From contig JBEROH010000002.1 of NCBI GenBank assembly GCA_041234785.1, positions 1 to 54,948 of the forward strand: a stretch of DNA of 54,948 nucleotides, read 5' to 3'. The notes under the pieces are model-generated. The model did no database searches and was not told where the DNA came from. It saw only the letters and a list, made by a program, of their open reading frames with translations. Origin of the DNA: Candidatus Actinomarina sp. Lineage in GTDB: Bacteria > Actinomycetota > Acidimicrobiia > Actinomarinales > Actinomarinaceae. Each line of letters begins with the position of its first letter. The first letter of the stretch is position 1. Below are positions 38,014 through 47,212 of the stretch, piece by piece. A program made the position numbers and the translations under genes.

Positions 38014-38829
38014 TTATTTTGAATCTCTCCAAGAAATCCAATCTTTAACTAGAGAAAGGTCATAACTTGGTCCATTTATAGCCAATGTAACTTCTGTAGC
38101 TCCAGCCTCAATTAATTTATCAGCAAGATCGATTCTTTTAATATCGATTCCTATAGATCGTTGAATCTCGTTAGGGTTTCTACCTACTTCATCACACCAT
38201 TTATTCAATACAGCATTTTTATGAGCGACTGTTTCAATCCCACTTCTATCTTCAGTTTTAGTTGCAAATCCATGCCATATATCTGCGTATTCAGCAACTA
38301 GCCTAAGTGTAAATTTTTCGCCACCTCCGCCAATTAGTATTGGAATTTTTCTCTTAGGCTGAGGGTTTAGTTTGTCCATTCTTTCAACTATTCTTTTAAG
38401 AGATTTTTCTAATTCTTTTAATCTCCATATTGGCGTTCCAAACTCATAACCATATTCCTCATAGTCTTGTTCAAACCATCCCGAACCTATACCCAGAATT
38501 GATCTACCATTAGAAATGTGATCAACCGTTCTAGCCATATCTGCTAAAAGTTCTGGATTGCGATATGAATTACAAGTAACAAGTGGCCCAATCTCAACTG
38601 ATTTAGTAACTTCAGCCCATGAAGCCAACATGGTCCAACATTCAAAATGTTTTCCTTCTCTTCGCTCTCCCTCAGCCCATTGAGTTCCATCTTCTTTATA
38701 AAGTGGATAAAAATGGTCCCAATTATATATAACATCAGCACCAATAGCTTCAGATTCAATTGCTGCTTTTCTAATCTGATCATATTCTGCGTGTTGTGGT
38801 TGTAAAAATACTGCTATTCTTGGTTTCAT
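38014..38829 (-). CDS. luciferase-like (LLM class, flavin/F420-dependent) oxidoreductase
   Basis: TIM-barrel LLM patterns (LGIGSGW, PILIGGGGEK). The cofactor cannot be assigned from sequence alone. Confidence 0.7.
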   Translation of the reverse strand: MKPRIAVFLQPQHAEYDQIRKAAIESEAIGADVIYNWDHFYPLYKEDGTQWAEGERREGKHFECWTMLASWAEVTKSVEIGPLVTCNSYRNPELLADMARTVDHISNGRSILGIGSGWFEQDYEEYGYEFGTPIWRLKELEKSLKRIVERMDKLNPQPKRKIPILIGGGGEKFTLRLVAEYADIWHGFATKTEDRSGIETVAHKNAVLNKWCDEVGRNPNEIQRSIGIDIKRIDLADKLIEAGATEVTLAINGPSYDLSLVKDWISWRDSK

Positions 38830-38845
38830 TTCTCTTCCTTTCTAA

Positions 38846-41353
38846 TTAAAATTTTCCATTATTGAGTTCTTTTTGAATTGAGTTTTTAAATTTAATATTT
38901 GCTCTTAATCGTTCAAGTTTTTGTTTTGTTATTTTTTCCGCAGAAGGAATAGAGTTTTTATCTAAAAATGAAATTATATCTTTACTTAATTCTTCATCAT
39001 ACACAGATGGGAGTAAATCTAGTATTCTAGAAGTAGTCCATTCCGGCATTATTTTTAATAAAGGAACCCAGTTTTCTGTAATAGTTTCCCAACTTTTTTT
39101 AGCATTTTTTGAATTTGCAATCAGCATTGCGAGCACATACGGAGCGTCAGCCCCTCTGATAGTTTTATTTAAAACAGCATTTATAATTTTTTGAGGTGAT
39201 TCAGGGTCATCAAGTAAACCAAGTACTCCTCTAAATCTACTTTGCATCTGAGGAGAATTTGAATTAGTAAATTTTTCTAGATATGTATCAGCGGAATTAG
39301 AATCGTCCATTGCTGAAATGTTTAATACAAGATTGAAGTAATTTCCGTCAACATAGTCAATATATTTATTTGATTTAAATTGGTCAGAAAAGTTTTTTAT
39401 AAATTCTTGATCTCTAGTTACTGAAGCATATACAGAGCAAACAATAGATTTCAATTGTGAAGTTTCTTGATCTAATCCAACTTCGTAACTACTACCAAGT
39501 TTTTCTATCATTGGCATGCAATAGAGTTTTACATAATTTCTAAAATTTTCAGTGGTACTAATTTTGTCTAAAGTTGTAAAAATAGTACTTAATAGTGACC
39601 AAATGTTTTTTTCGAATTCATTTGAATAATGATTAAGTACATTAACAAAAGACTCAACACTTAAATTATTTGTTCTCAAGTTCATCCAAGAGTCTTCTAG
39701 TAATCTATATTTTTCATTTGTATCTAATTTATGAAAGTTTTTTAGAATGTTTTCTAAAATTTCTTCATCATAATGGGTATGAAAAAAAGACCATCCTCCA
39801 TTGTTAACAAATGGGATTGATCCTTCAAATTGAAGAGTTGTTTGATTTGTTTCTAACATCTCTTTGTATTCTTTATTAGAATCTAAAGTCCTAATATTTA
39901 AGGGAACTTTCCATAAAGATTCATCAGATTCTCCGCTAAGTAAAAATTTATTTTGTGTAATCAAAAATTCTGAATCAACTTTTTTAACAGTTATTAATGG
40001 GTACCCTTCTTGCTTTATCCAAGTTGGAAGGATTTTATCAAGTTGGTAATTGCTCGAATTAGTTAACTCTTCCCATAAATCTGACGAGTGGGTATTTTTA
40101 AACTGGTGTTTTTTAAGGTAATTTCTAACACCTTTTTTAAAATTTTCTTCACCAATAAATGTTTCAAACATTCTTAAAACTGTTGAACCTTTTTGATATG
40201 TTAGGACATCAAACATTTCTTCAGCTTCTTCTGGTGTATTAACTTCAAATTCAACTGGTCTTGAAGATTTTAATGAGTCTACACTGAAACCTGCTGATCT
40301 AGCTAAATTTAATTCATTCCATAATTTAAACTCAGGGTAGGTTGCTTCGGAGGCAATTACTTCCATTAAGCTAGCGAATGCTTCATTTAACCATATGCCG
40401 TCCCACCAATTCATAGTTACTAGATCGCCAAACCACATATGTGCAAGTTCATGAGCTATTACTTCAACAGATCTTGACAGTTCAGATCGGGTAGCTTTTT
40501 TTTCATCTATCAATAACAAATTTTCTCTAAAAGTTATAGCTCCTATATTTTCCATTGCTCCCATAGCAAAATCGGGTACTGAAATTAAATCTAGTTTTGA
40601 ACCTGGATAAGGAATTTCATAATATTCTTCAAAAAAATCTAGAATTTTAATTGCTGCAGTTCCAGCAAAACTTGTTTGGTGTGCAAAACCTGGCTTATGA
40701 ACAATTCTGACTTCAGTTGAATTAGAATTTCCAATATTAGTTACTTCTAAAGGTCCAACAACAAAAGCAACTAAATATGTAGACATACGCATTGAGTCAA
40801 CAAACTTGGTAGTAGTTTTGTCTTTTTCTACAATCTCATTTAGTATTTTTTCATTACTGATTCTTACAAATTTGCTTAAAGTAGATATGGTTATTGAAAA
40901 AACAGCTTTATATTCTGGTTCATCCCAACATGGAAATGCCAACCGTGCTCCAGTTGGTTCGAATTGGGTAGTTCCTATCCATCTCTGAACTCCATTTTCA
41001 TCACTGTAGCTACTTCGATAAAAACCTCTTAAATCATTAGTAATTGTGGCTTGAAAATTAATAAATAGTTTCCAATCACCAGGATTAATTTTTTCTTCTA
41101 ACGATAGTGAAATTCTTTCTTCTTCAGAAAGATAGTTCACTGTTGCTTCAACATGTTGACCACTATCATTTTCTAGAAAAGCACCATTAATGATAATTCC
41201 TAGTGAATTAAGTTGAATCTCATTTGTTTGATCAACAATTTCTAAATAGATAATTTCTTTTCCTATATAGCTAAAGTTGTCCAAATCAACATCTAGGTGT
41301 ATTTCATATCTATTGGGAATAGCAACTTTTGGAAGTCTTATATTTTGGTCCAT
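38846..41353 (-). CDS. pepN: M1-family aminopeptidase N
   Basis: GAMEN exopeptidase motif and HELAHMWFGD...E zinc-binding motif. Length is 835 aa. Confidence 0.92.
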   Translation of the reverse strand: MDQNIRLPKVAIPNRYEIHLDVDLDNFSYIGKEIIYLEIVDQTNEIQLNSLGIIINGAFLENDSGQHVEATVNYLSEEERISLSLEEKINPGDWKLFINFQATITNDLRGFYRSSYSDENGVQRWIGTTQFEPTGARLAFPCWDEPEYKAVFSITISTLSKFVRISNEKILNEIVEKDKTTTKFVDSMRMSTYLVAFVVGPLEVTNIGNSNSTEVRIVHKPGFAHQTSFAGTAAIKILDFFEEYYEIPYPGSKLDLISVPDFAMGAMENIGAITFRENLLLIDEKKATRSELSRSVEVIAHELAHMWFGDLVTMNWWDGIWLNEAFASLMEVIASEATYPEFKLWNELNLARSAGFSVDSLKSSRPVEFEVNTPEEAEEMFDVLTYQKGSTVLRMFETFIGEENFKKGVRNYLKKHQFKNTHSSDLWEELTNSSNYQLDKILPTWIKQEGYPLITVKKVDSEFLITQNKFLLSGESDESLWKVPLNIRTLDSNKEYKEMLETNQTTLQFEGSIPFVNNGGWSFFHTHYDEEILENILKNFHKLDTNEKYRLLEDSWMNLRTNNLSVESFVNVLNHYSNEFEKNIWSLLSTIFTTLDKISTTENFRNYVKLYCMPMIEKLGSSYEVGLDQETSQLKSIVCSVYASVTRDQEFIKNFSDQFKSNKYIDYVDGNYFNLVLNISAMDDSNSADTYLEKFTNSNSPQMQSRFRGVLGLLDDPESPQKIINAVLNKTIRGADAPYVLAMLIANSKNAKKSWETITENWVPLLKIMPEWTTSRILDLLPSVYDEELSKDIISFLDKNSIPSAEKITKQKLERLRANIKFKNSIQKELNNGKF

Positions 41354-41378
41354 TTCTAAATCTTAGTTAATATTTAAA

Positions 41379-42731
41379 TCAATCCCAGTCTAAGTGTAAA
41401 AAATCATCAGAATTATTTAATTGTACTTTGTGTCCTCCAAAGTAGTCTCTTTGAGCTTGTATTAACGCAGAGGGATTGAATTCATTTGAACTATTTATAT
41501 ACCAATTGTATGTAGAAATTATTACTGGAATGGCAATATTTGATTCAACAGAGTTTGTTATCTGTTTTTTTACCATAGGTAAATTTAAGTTAAGAATTTT
41601 TTGAATTTGTTTTGATTTAGCTAATGATTCTTTATTTAAAACTTTTTTTAAATCATGAAGCAAGTCAGATCTAATTATGCAACCAGCCGACCAATTGTCT
41701 AGTACATTTTTAATTTCAATATTAAGATTTTCAGATTGACTATAGTTTTCTATAAAAAGTAAACCTTGAAGCATTGAGCACATTCTTGAAAAATACATAG
41801 CACTGCTGACTTGGGCTATATCTATTGTGCAATTATTTGACGCAATTAATTCTGGCCATATATTTTGAAAATGACTTTCCACCCGTGAGTTGAAAGCCTC
41901 ATAGATACTGGGTAGTGGAAATCCATTTTCCATTGAGGTAAAAACCGATAATTTTCCGGTTCCTTTGTGATTAGCTTTTGATTGTATCTGGTCAATTAAG
42001 AATCCTTTTTCATTTTTACTTAATAAAATTTTTGCAGTTATCTCAATTAAATACGATGATTTATTCTCTTTTTTTAAATTGTCAAAAAAATTACTAATTT
42101 GAATATTATCTAATTTTCCATTTTTAAGAATTCTGTAAATCTCAGCAATTATTTGCATTTCTGCATATTCTATTCCATTATGCAGCATCTTTATAAAGTG
42201 TCCTGTCCCATAACCTTTATAAAGGCCTATACATGGCTTTTCCTGATATTTTGCAGATATGTCAACAAGCATATCTAACAGTTGTTTGTCAATATCAGTT
42301 CTTGCACCAATCATTAATGACGGCCCATGTCTAGCACCAGATTCACCACCTGATACACCCATTCCAATAAAATTAATATTTTTTTCTTTACATAAATTAC
42401 CTAATTTTTCACTATCTAAGAAATAAGCATTTCCACCATCAATTAAAGTATCCCCAGGTGAAAGATAAGAAATTAATTCTATTGCAAGATTAAATGTAGG
42501 ATCTCCAGAGGGAATCAACATTAAGACTTTTTTTGGAGGTTCTAAACTGTCAATAAATTCTTGAATCGATTCATGTCCAGAAATATTATTGTTGAGATCA
42601 GAATTTATTAAAGTATTTAATTTTTCACGAGATTTATTTAATATGCTGATTTTGTATTGATTGTCTGAGAGATTGAGAGCAATATTAGAACCCATTACCC
42701 CTATACCTATTAAACCAATATTACTTTTCAT
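41379..42731 (-). CDS. gnd: 6-phosphogluconate dehydrogenase (decarboxylating)
   Basis: N-terminal IGLIGIGVMGSNIALNL and the signature HFIKMLHNGIEYAEMQ. Confidence 0.9.
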   Translation of the reverse strand: MKSNIGLIGIGVMGSNIALNLSDNQYKISILNKSREKLNTLINSDLNNNISGHESIQEFIDSLEPPKKVLMLIPSGDPTFNLAIELISYLSPGDTLIDGGNAYFLDSEKLGNLCKEKNINFIGMGVSGGESGARHGPSLMIGARTDIDKQLLDMLVDISAKYQEKPCIGLYKGYGTGHFIKMLHNGIEYAEMQIIAEIYRILKNGKLDNIQISNFFDNLKKENKSSYLIEITAKILLSKNEKGFLIDQIQSKANHKGTGKLSVFTSMENGFPLPSIYEAFNSRVESHFQNIWPELIASNNCTIDIAQVSSAMYFSRMCSMLQGLLFIENYSQSENLNIEIKNVLDNWSAGCIIRSDLLHDLKKVLNKESLAKSKQIQKILNLNLPMVKKQITNSVESNIAIPVIISTYNWYINSSNEFNPSALIQAQRDYFGGHKVQLNNSDDFLHLDWD

Positions 42732-44047
42732 GATAGAAGTTTAACAACACCTTGAAAGGTCAAATTCTCTAAATACAATTTCCTAATTTTAATCTCTACC
42801 TCAAGATCTTCGCTATTGTTAGCAACACTTATTATGGTTGAAAATTTTTGTAATTCATGTAATTTACTTGGATTTATTAAAACTTTAGTTTCAATTATTT
42901 CACCAAAAATTCTTCTAGTTAACTCAGAAATTAATTGTTCAATATTTGTGTTTTTTGTAGATGAGATGAAAATTGCATTATCATATTTTTCCATTAAAAA
43001 ATTGAGTGATGCTTTATCAATTTTATCAATTTTGTTAAAAACGAGTAATTCTTCAACCTTTGAATCTATCTGGTTTAAAATTTTACGAACAGTATTTATA
43101 TGCATCTCGGGTAAAGCTGCAGCGGCGTCAACAACATGAACTAATAAATTTGCTTCCTTAACAACAGTTAAAGTTGACTTAAAAGACTCTATTAATGTAG
43201 TTGGCAGATTTTGTATAAAGCCTACGGTATCAGAAATAATAATTTGCTCATTTATATCATCAATTTTTAACTCTCTTTGAAGGGAGTCAACTGTTGCAAA
43301 TAATTCATTTGCTACGTATGTTTTTGCAGACGTAATTTTCTCTAATAGTGTAGATTTTCCCGCATTTGTATAACCTACAATTGAAACCAACGGTGTATTA
43401 TGTTTTTTTCTAAAACTAGCCTGCACTTGTCTTTGTTTGTCTACTTTTTTAATTTCTCTTTTTAATTTATTAATTCTATTGTCAATCAACCTACTATCAG
43501 TTTCAAGTTTTGTTTCACCCGGACCTCTTGTACCAATACCACCCCCTTGTTGATTAAGTGTTTTACCTAATCCGGCAAGACGGGGTTTTAGGTAAATTGA
43601 AAGCGCTAGTTCAACTTGTAAACTAGCTTCTTTAGATTGGGCATGTAAAGCAAATATATCTAAAATTAATCCCGTTCGGTCAACTACATCACACATAAAC
43701 ATTGCTCGAAGCTCTTTTTGTTGATTAGGAGTAAGTTCACAGTCAAAAATCACAACGTCTATATCATTTGCATTAGAAATATCAACTAGTTCGCTTATTG
43801 AACCTTTTCCTATAAAAGTTTTTGGATCAATTTTTTCTACTCTTTTAGTTTGTATAATTTTTGGACTTGATCCAGCAGTTTTTACAAGATTTTCTAACTC
43901 TTTTAAAGATTCTTCCTTATCTGCTCTAACTTCATTTTTTAGAACGATACCTATTAAAAGTGCATTTTGAGTCGTAACGAAGATGTCTCTATCAGAAACT
44001 GTTAAGAGTCTTCGATCTGTTTGATTTGGGTTATTTCTTTGATTCAA
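42728..44047 (-). CDS. hflX: GTPase HflX
   Basis: HflX N-terminal domain followed by a G domain (VGYTNAGKSTLL, DTVGFIQNLPTTLIESFKSTL). Confidence 0.9.
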   Translation of the reverse strand: MNQRNNPNQTDRRLLTVSDRDIFVTTQNALLIGIVLKNEVRADKEESLKELENLVKTAGSSPKIIQTKRVEKIDPKTFIGKGSISELVDISNANDIDVVIFDCELTPNQQKELRAMFMCDVVDRTGLILDIFALHAQSKEASLQVELALSIYLKPRLAGLGKTLNQQGGGIGTRGPGETKLETDSRLIDNRINKLKREIKKVDKQRQVQASFRKKHNTPLVSIVGYTNAGKSTLLEKITSAKTYVANELFATVDSLQRELKIDDINEQIIISDTVGFIQNLPTTLIESFKSTLTVVKEANLLVHVVDAAAALPEMHINTVRKILNQIDSKVEELLVFNKIDKIDKASLNFLMEKYDNAIFISSTKNTNIEQLISELTRRIFGEIIETKVLINPSKLHELQKFSTIISVANNSEDLEVEIKIRKLYLENLTFQGVVKLLS

Positions 44048-44055
44048 TTACTTAA

Positions 44056-44376
44056 TTATAAGTACGTGCCATTATCTTGAGAAGATGAATTTTCTTCTTC
44101 TGCGATAATTTGTGATTCCCTCACCGCTAAAACTACTTTTCCAGTTGGTGGCCAAATAAATTTCCATGCACCACTGGCAACTGCCCAAAATTGTTTTCCA
44201 GTGTCAATATCAATTAGCGGCAATGCTTCAGAGGTTTTCTCACTTCCAGCAGGTACTAATAATCCAGATTTTGTATAGGTTTCTTCTCTTAGGTGTCCTA
44301 CCCTCCACCCTGGTGATACTTTAAACCCAGCAGGTGCAAATTGAATTTTCTTTAGTAACTCTTCGTCTTTTGCCAT
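44056..44376 (-). CDS. hypothetical protein with faint GroES/Cpn10-like resemblance
   Basis: 106 aa. The segment ETYTKSGLLVPAGSEKTSE loosely resembles the GroES mobile-loop region (T.SGL.IP...KEKP.E). It lies immediately downstream of tRNA-Sec on the same strand. Confidence 0.3.
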   Translation of the reverse strand: MAKDEELLKKIQFAPAGFKVSPGWRVGHLREETYTKSGLLVPAGSEKTSEALPLIDIDTGKQFWAVASGAWKFIWPPTGKVVLAVRESQIIAEEENSSSQDNGTYL

Positions 44377-44411
44377 TTTCTTATATTATACGCATTAAAT
44401 CTATAAGATAG

Positions 44412-44503
44412 CGGAGGTGGACAGGAATCGAACCTGCCAAAGATTTTTACACCTTTCATCAGTTTTGAAGACCGTGGAGCCCACCAGGCGCTCATTCACC
44501 TCC
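44412..44503 (-). tRNA. selC: tRNA-Sec (anticodon UCA)
   Basis: The reverse complement reads GGAGGTGA-AT-GAGCGC-CTGGT-GGGCTC-C-ACGGT-CTTCAAA-ACTGA-TG-AAAGGT-GTAAAA-ATCTTT-G-GCAGG-TTCGATT-CCTGT-CCACCTCC-G. The acceptor has 7 paired bases plus an A:C mismatch at position 8. The anticodon loop CUUCAAA (UCA) is identical to E. coli selC. There is a 6-bp long variable arm, a 5-bp T stem with a GGTTCGATTCC-type loop, and discriminator G. It is 92 nt without CCA. The anticodon stem is weak (4 bp including a G:U). Confidence 0.85.
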
Positions 44504-44554
44504 ATTTAGTAGAGTAGTTGTATAAAAAATTTTTAATTGAATAGAATTAGTCAT

Positions 44555-45160
44555 ATGGATAATTTTCAACACACATTAAATAAGCTTTTAACTGAAAGGG
44601 GATTAAGCAGTAAACAGCTCGCATCGTTTACAGGTGCTGAATTAAAAGAAGTTAAAAAGTGGCAATCCGGAACTAGTTTTCCAACAAACGAAAAAATTAT
44701 TAATGCCCTAGAAGGCTTATTAGGTACCGAGATCACAAAAACTCTCAAGGGGTATAGTTATTCAACAGTAAAAAACAACGACTCTGCAGAATTTGAAGAC
44801 AGTCTTTTCAATATCACTAAAGAAGAATTCGTAATTAAGAAAACAAAAGTTGATAAATTTCGAACTATTTTCCAAAAAACTAATCGTGAGCGTCTTACAA
44901 ACACTTCATACAAGGAATTGGAAAACAAAACAGAAGCTGAATCAAGTTTGACAGATGTTGATTTAAGAACAACAAATAGTGAAGACATATTCATAAGTGT
45001 CGAAGAGGAACCCTACATAAATGACGATAGCCAAATTATTTTTTATTTATTAAGAAATATAAAAACAGGAGCACTGCTTTTATTTTTGTTATCGATTGCA
45101 GCTACTACATTAGGATTATCTTGGAATTCTTTCTCAACTTTTATAAATAATCTTCTGTGA
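44555..45160 (+). CDS. membrane-anchored XRE-type helix-turn-helix protein
   Basis: N-terminal HTH (LLTERGLSSKQLASFTGAELKEVKKWQSGTSFP), a low-complexity linker and a single C-terminal TM helix. I prefer the ATG at 44555 over the TTG at 44537. GTGA overlap with ctaA. Confidence 0.5.
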   Translation: MDNFQHTLNKLLTERGLSSKQLASFTGAELKEVKKWQSGTSFPTNEKIINALEGLLGTEITKTLKGYSYSTVKNNDSAEFEDSLFNITKEEFVIKKTKVDKFRTIFQKTNRERLTNTSYKELENKTEAESSLTDVDLRTTNSEDIFISVEEEPYINDDSQIIFYLLRNIKTGALLLFLLSIAATTLGLSWNSFSTFINNLL

Positions 45161-46041
45161 AGATATTTTTTTATGTACGGCTTGGGTTGGTATTTTCATT
45201 AATCTCAATATTAGCTGGCGCACTTGTTCGAGCTACAAATTCTGGAGATGGTTGTGGATCAACCTGGCCAACATGCAATGGAAAAATAATACCGACATTT
45301 TTAGATTTAAATGAAGCTATTGAATTCTCTCATAGAATAGTTAGTGGAATTTTATTAATAATAACATTGATAATTTTTATTCAGTCTCGTCAGTATCAAA
45401 AGCATGACTTAAATAGAAAAATAGTAAACTACCTAACTTTTTTTGTTGTTTTTGAAGCAGTAATTGGTGCTGTAATAGTAATTTATGAATGGGTCGGTTT
45501 AAATTCATCACTTCCAAGAATTATTGCCGTACCCATACATTTAGTAAATACTTTTGGATTATTGGGAAGTTATGCTTTGCTCTATAAGTCAATTAAATAT
45601 AAGATAAAAGATTTAAGTTTTCTGTTTAATAAGAAATTTATTTTTATCAGTTTACTTTTTTTAGTAACAGCTGCTACAGGATCAATTGCTGCCTTAGCAG
45701 ATGTTTTATTTCCAAACGAAACTTTTATTGAAGGATTATTGGCAGATTTTGATAAATCATCACAAATATTAACTAGATTAAGAATTTTACATCCAATTTT
45801 TTCCACAGTTCTTGCATTAGTGTTATATTTTGACGCAAAAACAACTTCAAAAAGTTTTGAAATCAATACCAGTCTTATGAGGACATTGATACTAATTACA
45901 ATTTTTCTTGGCATTACTAACGTTTTACTAAATTTAGTTCTGCTATTAAGTATTATCCATCTAGCAAGTGCAGATTTATTATGGATTACCTATATATATG
46001 TAAGCATGGAAAAATATAAAAATAATCCTTCTTTGAGTTAG
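45157..46041 (+). CDS. ctaA: heme A synthase (COX15/CtaA)
   Basis: N-terminal LVRATNSGDGCGSTWPTCNG motif, 8 TM helices and conserved His residues (SHRIVS, PIHLVN, LHPIFS). GTG start. Confidence 0.85.
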   Translation: MKIFFYVRLGLVFSLISILAGALVRATNSGDGCGSTWPTCNGKIIPTFLDLNEAIEFSHRIVSGILLIITLIIFIQSRQYQKHDLNRKIVNYLTFFVVFEAVIGAVIVIYEWVGLNSSLPRIIAVPIHLVNTFGLLGSYALLYKSIKYKIKDLSFLFNKKFIFISLLFLVTAATGSIAALADVLFPNETFIEGLLADFDKSSQILTRLRILHPIFSTVLALVLYFDAKTTSKSFEINTSLMRTLILITIFLGITNVLLNLVLLLSIIHLASADLLWITYIYVSMEKYKNNPSLS

Positions 46042-46110
46042 CTTTAATTTCGCAATAGGTTTATTATTCAAATCTGTAACTAGATACGTAAATATAAGGT
46101 CAAAACACTG

Positions 46111-47166
46111 ATGGTAACTAAAACAATTCCTTCAAAGCCAAAACCAGAGGCTAAAGAAGTAGATTTTTCTAATGAAGATTTAGTCTTAACTCCTGAACAG
46201 GAGAAAGCTGCCCGTGAAAAAGCAAAGTCGTTAACTAAAAAACTTGCTGACGATAGAGGTAAATTAACTACTGACCTTGTAAGCCAGTATTTAACAGCTA
46301 TTGGTAACTTTGATCTTTTGACGGCAGAGCAAGAGGTTGAACTAGCTCAAAAAATTGAATCTGGTGAAAAAGCAACTATAAAACTTCAGAAAAAACAATT
46401 TAAAGATAAAAAAGGCGAAATAAGACTTAAAAGAGATAGAAAAAAAGGTGCTGAAGCCAAAGATGCATTCTTAACTGCAAATTTAAGGTTAGTTGTTGCA
46501 AATGCTAGAAGGTATGCCAACACTTCTGGTATTGATTTTCTAGATTTAATACAAGAAGGTAACCTTGGTTTAATCAGGGCAGTTGAAAAGTTTGACTGGA
46601 GAAAAGGGTTTAAATTTTCAACTTATGCAACTTGGTGGATTAGACAAGCAATTACTAGAGCTATTGCTGATAAGTCTCGTACCGTTAGAATTCCAGTTCA
46701 CCTTCATGATACAATGGCAGCTGTTAGAGCTGCACAGGCACAACTTAAGGCAGAATTAGGCCGTGACCCAAAACCTGCAGAAATTGCCAAAGAAGCAGGA
46801 GTAGGGGTTGACAAAGTTGAGCTAGCATTAAGCGTAGCAGATACGGTCTCTCTAGAGCAACCAGTTGGTGAAGATGGTGCACAACTAGGTGATTTCATTC
46901 AAGATGAAGATGCAAGTGACCCATCACTAATAGTTCAAGACCTAGATGTTGCAGAAAGTTTAAGGGAAAGCATTAGTAGACTTCCCGAAAGAGAAGGTAG
47001 AATTCTTGCTTTAAGATATGGTTTTTATGATGGAGTGCCAAGAACACTAGAGGAAATTGGTGAAGAGTTTGACCTAACAAGAGAACGAATTAGGCAGTTA
47101 GAAAAACTAGCGTTATGTAGATTAAGACATCCATCATTTGGAATAAGAGAACAAGACTTAGTTTAA
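46111..47166 (+). CDS. sigA: principal (group 1-like) RNA polymerase sigma-70 factor, compact form
   Basis: Region 2 ([35 protein letters not shown]), region 3, and region 4.2 ([19 protein letters not shown]). Confidence 0.9.
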   Translation: MVTKTIPSKPKPEAKEVDFSNEDLVLTPEQEKAAREKAKSLTKKLADDRGKLTTDLVSQYLTAIGNFDLLTAEQEVELAQKIESGEKATIKLQKKQFKDKKGEIRLKRDRKKGAEAKDAFLTANLRLVVANARRYANTSGIDFLDLIQEGNLGLIRAVEKFDWRKGFKFSTYATWWIRQAITRAIADKSRTVRIPVHLHDTMAAVRAAQAQLKAELGRDPKPAEIAKEAGVGVDKVELALSVADTVSLEQPVGEDGAQLGDFIQDEDASDPSLIVQDLDVAESLRESISRLPEREGRILALRYGFYDGVPRTLEEIGEEFDLTRERIRQLEKLALCRLRHPSFGIREQDLV

Positions 47167-47212
47167 ATTTTTAAAACTTCTTAGTATCCAAAACAATTGT
47201 TAATCTATAGTT

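Noticed and set aside
42728-44047. A GTPase two genes from selC, considered as a possible SelB elongation factor.
   Set aside because: The sequence has the HflX N-terminal domain and HflX-type G motifs (VGYTNAGKSTLL, DTVGFI..LP..L). It lacks EF-Tu-like domains II/III or winged-helix SECIS-binding domains.
44377-44536. Flanks of selC, checked for an integrase, direct repeats or island cargo, since selC is a known integration hotspot.
   Set aside because: Both flanks are ordinary core-type genes (hflX side and HTH/ctaA side). I saw no integrase, no partial tRNA duplicate and no compositional shift.
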